From Minisyncoccota bacterium (GTDB lineage: Bacteria > Patescibacteriota > Minisyncoccia > Phycocordibacterales > UBA2100), in assembly GCA_043780835.1 (NCBI GenBank), contig JAYWCB010000013.1, forward strand, positions 13,512 through 77,511: a DNA stretch of 64,000 bases, in the 5' to 3' direction. Shown piece by piece: positions 59,274-64,000 of this stretch (the first letter of the stretch is position 1; every line of letters starts with the position of its first letter). The translations under genes and the position numbers were made by a program. Under the pieces are notes generated by a model, which was not told where the DNA came from, did not search any database, and worked only from the letters and a program-made list of their open reading frames with translations.

Positions 59274-59997
59274 GGCGCGATTTCATAAATGTCGAGGCCT
59301 CGTGGAGGCTGTCGATGGTGCCGATGTCAAACCACTCTTTCGTCAATTCAACTGCGCGGAGTGTACCCTCCTTGAGGAATTTGTTATTGACCCATGTGAT
59401 CTCTTTTTCTCCTCGTTTCGATACTGGTTGACCAATCATCTTTTTAAATACTGAGTTGTCATAGAGATAGACTCCAACAACAGCAAGATCAGATTTCGGT
59501 TTTGTAGGTTTTTCTTCGATCGCAATTACTTTGCCTTTCGCATCACGGGTTGCGATACCGAACCGTCGAGGATCAGACACTTTCTTGAGAAACACGGTTG
59601 CGCCCTTCTTGAATTTTGAAATATGTGGCTCAAGGTCGTCCTCAATTATATTGTCGCCGAGGTAGAGTACACAGTTGTCGTTTCCTACATAGTCGCGCGC
59701 AATGTAGAGTCCGAATGCGATTCCGTTCGCTTCATTCTGAATACCATACACGATCTGGATTTGTTTTCCCGTTCTCCTCGAATTGAAGTACTGACCGCTT
59801 CCGAGCAGCTGCACGAAATCGTCGAGATGATGCGGGGAAGTGACTATCATGATCCGATCGACCCCTGCAGCAGCAAGCTTTTCAACCGCGTAATAAATGA
59901 CCGGTTTGTCGTAGATCGGGAGGAGGTGTTTGTTCGTCACTCGAGTAAGAGGATCGAGTCTCGTACCTCTTCCACCGGCCAAAATAATGCCCTTCAT
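59254..59997 (-). CDS. rfbA: Glucose-1-phosphate thymidylyltransferase
   Basis: N-terminus MKGIILAGGRGTRLDPLTRVTNKHLLPIYDKPVIYY. The start is taken at this Met. The listed ORF extends to 60096. Confidence 0.85.
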   Translation of the reverse strand: MKGIILAGGRGTRLDPLTRVTNKHLLPIYDKPVIYYAVEKLAAAGVDRIMIVTSPHHLDDFVQLLGSGQYFNSRRTGKQIQIVYGIQNEANGIAFGLYIARDYVGNDNCVLYLGDNIIEDDLEPHISKFKKGATVFLKKVSDPRRFGIATRDAKGKVIAIEEKPTKPKSDLAVVGVYLYDNSVFKKMIGQPVSKRGEKEITWVNNKFLKEGTLRAVELTKEWFDIGTIDSLHEASTFMKSRHGKKKH

Positions 59998-60087
59998 AGC
60001 CCACGAAGAATATAGTATTTGCAAAGGCGCGGCAACAGGTACACATACACCCGCGGCTTTCGCAAATAGACGCCCATACAGTATTAT

Positions 60088-60948
60088 GTGCTCCACATGT
60101 ACAAAATATCTCGCCTCCTCAACGAGCTCTCTGTTATCTTATCGCGCGAGTATCTTACCGGCGGACAGAAAGCAGATCTCGTGTTTCACTATTACTGGAT
60201 GAAGATCCGGTACATGTTTTCCGGACGCGACGTGCACGAGGTGCGGTTCATGGGATTCAATTTTTATGTACCGTCATTTATCAACTTCGTCGGGATTGTG
60301 CGCGAAGTATTCGTATTCGGCGATTATTACTTTAAAGCGACAACGTCGTCTCCGGTAATTATTGATTGCGGCGCAAATATTGGTACAACAACCATTTTCT
60401 TTAAGTGGTTGTATCCGCAGGCTCGCATTACGGCATTCGAACCATCGCCGATCGCTGTAGCGGCACTTCGGAAGAATATCGAACTCAATGCGCTGACTGA
60501 TATCGACGTGGTGGAAGCCGCTGCGTCCAATTCAGAAGAGCCGATCAGTTTCTGGGAGCAGCCGAATAAATCGGGCGGATCGACCGCCGTTCGCGACGTC
60601 TTTGAAACAAAAGCGAACACTGCAAAGTTTGAAGAAGTATCGGTAAAGTCGATCATGCTCTCAACGTACGTCACCGGTCCCGTCGATCTTTTGAAAATGG
60701 ATATTGAGGGAGGAGAAGGAATCGTGATACAAGATCTTGCGACGCACGATTCACTTAAACACATCAAAACCATCATTTTGGAATTTCACGAGAGTGAGGA
60801 AAATAAAAGCAATGATCTCCCCACGCTTCTCTCAACGCTCAAAAAAAGTGGTTACAAGCTTGTGATCTACGCCAGTGAAATCACACCATCAAGCGAGAAG
60901 ATGATGAAGCGCTCTGGGCACCACTTCCTTATACGCGCAACCCGTTAA
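60088..60948 (+). CDS. FkbM-family methyltransferase
   Basis: IIDCGANIGTTTIFF...ITAFEPSP. Confidence 0.8.
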   Translation: MLHMYKISRLLNELSVILSREYLTGGQKADLVFHYYWMKIRYMFSGRDVHEVRFMGFNFYVPSFINFVGIVREVFVFGDYYFKATTSSPVIIDCGANIGTTTIFFKWLYPQARITAFEPSPIAVAALRKNIELNALTDIDVVEAAASNSEEPISFWEQPNKSGGSTAVRDVFETKANTAKFEEVSVKSIMLSTYVTGPVDLLKMDIEGGEGIVIQDLATHDSLKHIKTIILEFHESEENKSNDLPTLLSTLKKSGYKLVIYASEITPSSEKMMKRSGHHFLIRATR

Positions 60949-60966
60949 ATCGCACGCCTGCGCACT

Positions 60967-61797
60967 ATGCGAGCGTTTCTTACAGGCGGATCAGGATTTA
61001 TAGGTACTCGACTCAAGTCTGATTTGATTGCGCTCGGATACGAAGTAATTGCGCCTTCGCACGCTGAGATGGATATCATCTCGCAGATATCTGTGCACAG
61101 AGCTATTGAAACCGCACAACCCGACGTGGTCTTTCACTGCGCAGCCCTCACGAGCGGCGACGAAGAAGCGATGTATCGAGTCAATGTGGATGGCCTGCGC
61201 AACGTGATGGGTGCTTCGAGATCAGTACAACTGTCCGCTGTGGTAATTGTTGGTAGCAATGTGGAGTACGGAAATGCTGCCACACCTTTTTTTGAAACAA
61301 CCGTTCCACTGCCAACCAGTGTGTACGGTTGTACGAAAAATGAAGCGACACAGTTGGCTCTTCAAGACGAAACGGTACCCGTTGTGGTATTGCGGTTTTC
61401 AAACGTGTACGGAGAAGGAGGGCATTCATTTATTGAGCGTCTTGCCAGCGCGGTATATGCAGGCACGACGGTACAAATTTCAGATACGCTTGTGCGGGAT
61501 TTTGTACATGTGAGCGATGCGTCCCGTGCGTGTGTTCTCGCCGCAACACACATCACTGCATGCAGAGGACAGATTTTAAATATTGCATCGGGAGACGTGT
61601 ATACGACGCGACAGATTGTACAGATGTTCTGTGACATGAAACACATGCCGCTTTCAACGTTTGTATCAAACATTCCATATGTGCCAAAATCCGACGATCA
61701 ACTCTCAAATGTTGCAGATAGTACCAAGGCGCGCGCCCGTATTCATTGGAAACCTCTTATATCCCTACGGGATGCGCTCGCGACACTCGCACAATAA
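60967..61797 (+). CDS. rfbD: dTDP-4-dehydrorhamnose reductase-like NAD(P)-dependent epimerase/reductase
   Basis: About 276 aa, short SDR. LTGGSGFIG...VFHCAALTS. Similar in size and pattern to RmlD. Confidence 0.65.
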   Translation: MRAFLTGGSGFIGTRLKSDLIALGYEVIAPSHAEMDIISQISVHRAIETAQPDVVFHCAALTSGDEEAMYRVNVDGLRNVMGASRSVQLSAVVIVGSNVEYGNAATPFFETTVPLPTSVYGCTKNEATQLALQDETVPVVVLRFSNVYGEGGHSFIERLASAVYAGTTVQISDTLVRDFVHVSDASRACVLAATHITACRGQILNIASGDVYTTRQIVQMFCDMKHMPLSTFVSNIPYVPKSDDQLSNVADSTKARARIHWKPLISLRDALATLAQ

Positions 61798-61817
61798 GGT
61801 TCCTGTATACTGCCGCT

Positions 61818-62543
61818 ATGGATCAACGGGCGCTGGATCGCATGAAAAGCGGAGAGCGCTCCTGGTGGTATGCGGGACGACGTCGCATCATTACAGACGC
61901 GCTTGCATATACATCTTTGAAGAAGATGCAAAACGCCCTGGATTTCGGAGCCGGGTACGGCGCAATGCATTCGCTCCTGTCACGATACGCAGATCGTGTG
62001 TATGCATACGAGCCTGTTCCTGAGATTGCGCAGTATGTCCGAACGGAAGGGTACGCCGAAGTCTTCGAGACTGAAGTATCCGCGCTTGCAAACTCCTACG
62101 GCCTCATCGGTATATTCGATGTCCTTGAGCATATTGAGGGAGACCTCGAGGTATTGAAGAGTCTCTACGCTGCAACAGCAGTGGGCGGCACGATCGTCAT
62201 AACAGTTCCTGCCGGCATGCTCCTGTGGAGCATGCATGACGAGCAAAATAAACATTTTCGTAGATACTCGCGTCGCACATTGGTAAAGGTGGTCGAGTCG
62301 ACAGGATTTCGGGTAGAGTTTGTGAGTTACTGGAATACGATTCTGTACCCGCTTGCACTCGCGGCACGTCTGAGCGGTAATTCTGGAGAAAGTTCATTTT
62401 CGCTGCCCCCCTTCATCGACTCGCTTTTCTATGCCTGCATTGCGTTGGAATCATGGCTCATGCGCAGGATCCGGCTTCCGTTTGGTGTGAGTCTCGTACT
62501 TGTGGCAACGAAACCTAGTGTTTCGGCTTCACCCCAGTCTTGA
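61818..62543 (+). CDS. Class I SAM-dependent methyltransferase
   Basis: Motif I LDFGAGYGAM. The start is taken at MDQRAL (61818). Confidence 0.7.
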   Translation: MDQRALDRMKSGERSWWYAGRRRIITDALAYTSLKKMQNALDFGAGYGAMHSLLSRYADRVYAYEPVPEIAQYVRTEGYAEVFETEVSALANSYGLIGIFDVLEHIEGDLEVLKSLYAATAVGGTIVITVPAGMLLWSMHDEQNKHFRRYSRRTLVKVVESTGFRVEFVSYWNTILYPLALAARLSGNSGESSFSLPPFIDSLFYACIALESWLMRRIRLPFGVSLVLVATKPSVSASPQS

Positions 62544-63435
62544 TGAGTTTGCCGGACAGTGCAAATTTCTGCTCCGGAGTCATAGTCGCGATTGCTGCTT
62601 TTGTTGACGCTTGCGTGATGGTGAACCGTGCTCCCTCGGAAAATGCGGCGGAACTGTAGCCTGCGGTGAACATAGTGCGCGGTTTTGTTTTTGCGCGGCC
62701 ACCGAAATGAAGTCCTGCAGGATCACAGAAGATCACCGTACCGGCTTCTCCTGTGCACGATTTCACGTACTCGGGAGGTATGACTGCCTCAAGCTCTTCG
62801 CTATTAGGGTAGCTGCCCATCGGTGGATGCTGCATAAAAAGTTTGCCGAACTTCAGACCGTACGCACTTTTGCGTACATAGGTAAACGGACCCGTGTCTT
62901 GATCAACATCATTCAGGTACAGGAAGACTTTCATGTAGCGCTTCTCCTCAGGATCGCGGTGCCAGTTTTGCGAGAATGCAGGGTCGGACTCCGTGTCAGG
63001 TTCGATTTTTGCGAGATGCGCGAGTGAATATCGCGACCACATGCCGTAGTACGCGTTTGCGGTATGCAGATACATATCAGAGAGCCCCAGATTCATAAAC
63101 GGATTGTTCAAATCAAGCTCGGGAACAGTACTCCAGTATTCGTGCAAAAACTTTTTCTTTGAGGTCTGCGGCAGAGGATTATGGGTTGCAATCCAATCCC
63201 GCAATTGCGCGAGCCTATTTTCTCCTGGAAAAAGCTCATCGAGTGAGCTGAACGCAATACCGTCGGTGCGCATATCGCGAAGAATACGCTCCTGCACTGA
63301 ATTGAGGGGGCGGGGATGCTGGGCGTACAATCTGCGCGGCCTCAGATTGAGGATGCCGTACCATACGAACCAAGAATTTCTGACCGAAAAATAGACTTGA
63401 ATCAATCGAAGATACACCTGTGTAAGCAGTCTCAT
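62515..63435 (-). CDS. Phytanoyl-CoA dioxygenase (PhyH)-family Fe(II)/2-oxoglutarate oxygenase-like protein
   Basis: WHRD and GPFTYV...HFGG patterns resemble PhyH-family facial-triad regions. Moderate confidence. Confidence 0.5.
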   Translation of the reverse strand: MRLLTQVYLRLIQVYFSVRNSWFVWYGILNLRPRRLYAQHPRPLNSVQERILRDMRTDGIAFSSLDELFPGENRLAQLRDWIATHNPLPQTSKKKFLHEYWSTVPELDLNNPFMNLGLSDMYLHTANAYYGMWSRYSLAHLAKIEPDTESDPAFSQNWHRDPEEKRYMKVFLYLNDVDQDTGPFTYVRKSAYGLKFGKLFMQHPPMGSYPNSEELEAVIPPEYVKSCTGEAGTVIFCDPAGLHFGGRAKTKPRTMFTAGYSSAAFSEGARFTITQASTKAAIATMTPEQKFALSGKLIKTGVKPKH

Positions 63436-63454
63436 AGCGATATCCTAACACTCG

Positions 63455-64000
63455 TTACACTTTCGTGAATAGGACAAAAACAGTTTCAACGAATACGTTT
63501 TTCATGTGTCTCGGAAGCAGTGCGGTGAGAATTGGATACAGAATACGGTGCCACATGCGGGTAGCAGGTGCGTGGTAGACGAGAGCAGAAAGTGTGTGCG
63601 TGTTTGCGTGCTTAAGTGCGCGATATGTAAGAAACGATACGGCGTCTTCCGTGTTGAAATACCAATGGTGACGATCCTTCGGTAATTCCAGCTGTAATCC
63701 GTAACTTGCGGTAGTTCCGCTGCCCCATACGATATCTCGCGCTGCTTTTCTCCAGCAATTGGGTAGAGATATAAGAACCGCTCCATTCGACACGCGCAAT
63801 AGATCATCAAATGCATAATGAATCCTATTGATGTGCTCGAGCGTGTCCAAACACAGTACGGTATCTATACTTTTGTCCGTGAACGGTAATGAATCAATTT
63901 CCCAGTCAAACGATGGAATGTCTGGATTGTTTTTGTCGATCTGTTGCGATCGGATGCCAAAAATCCGAAAAAATGTGTCGTTGCGACTACCCATGTCCAA
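63455..64000 (-). CDS. Class I SAM-dependent methyltransferase, N-terminus outside the window
   Basis: C-terminal methyltransferase core (SIDTVLCLDTLEHI). The ORF runs off the window edge. Confidence 0.5.
   Translation of the reverse strand: MDMGSRNDTFFRIFGIRSQQIDKNNPDIPSFDWEIDSLPFTDKSIDTVLCLDTLEHINRIHYAFDDLLRVSNGAVLISLPNCWRKAARDIVWGSGTTASYGLQLELPKDRHHWYFNTEDAVSFLTYRALKHANTHTLSALVYHAPATRMWHRILYPILTALLPRHMKNVFVETVFVLFTKV

Overview
Most likely a chromosomal segment from a small-genome bacterium, possibly Patescibacteria/CPR-like. That placement is inferred from a 16S rRNA gene that diverges at universal positions, a LAGLIDADG endonuclease ORF, and cell-wall and glycan genes packed with short intergenic regions. 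No CRISPR array, prophage, transposase or integrase gene is recognisable.

Gene content, in order:
- secD (3' part), secF, aroK and a few small hypotheticals.
- A stand-alone 16S rRNA gene (about 4712-6169) with no 23S or 5S in the window.
- A scrambled 2.4-kb stretch after the 16S carrying paralogous noncoding repeats, two membrane-protein genes and a frameshifted sigma-70 region-4 remnant.
- A CPBP protease, a PLP decarboxylase, a SulP transporter, and tRNA-Ile(GAU) flanked by partial self-copies.
- murA, purF, a free-standing LAGLIDADG endonuclease next to tRNA-Leu(CAG), and class I RNR genes nrdAB (NrdA has a long low-complexity C-terminal linker).
- gdhA, then a mur/peptidoglycan block (murD, apt, an aminotransferase, murI, an XRE regulator, murC, a nudix hydrolase, rsmI).
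- A three-gene module: a VirD4/TraG-like P-loop ATPase with a disordered tail, an unknown protein, and a surface lamin-tail-domain protein with a lysine-rich segment.
- A roughly 26-kb surface-glycan cluster: GT4/GT2 transferases, a Wzx flippase, an ArnT/PMT-like plus ArnC-like pair, rmlA/rmlB/rmlD-like genes, many SAM and FkbM methyltransferases, a deacetylase and an acetyltransferase.

The most unusual signal is a family of four hairpin-forming inverted-repeat elements with core arms CCCGTTAGA / TCTAACGGG.
- Each copy sits exactly on the start codon of a glycan-cluster gene.
- Each is flanked by 5-bp direct repeats that contain the ATG (ATGAA three times, ATGCG once).
- The arms co-vary within each copy while the internal sequences are unrelated between copies.
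- One copy carries a GIY-YIG nuclease gene whose N- and C-termini are encoded by the arms.

Other observations:
- A segmental duplication of a GT2-methyltransferase pair with reciprocal decay.
- A 16S 3' tail that lacks the canonical CCUCC anti-SD even though genes here carry GGAGG-type SDs.
- A candidate protein O-glycosylation trio (PMT/ArnT-like, ArnC-like, S/T-rich secreted protein).
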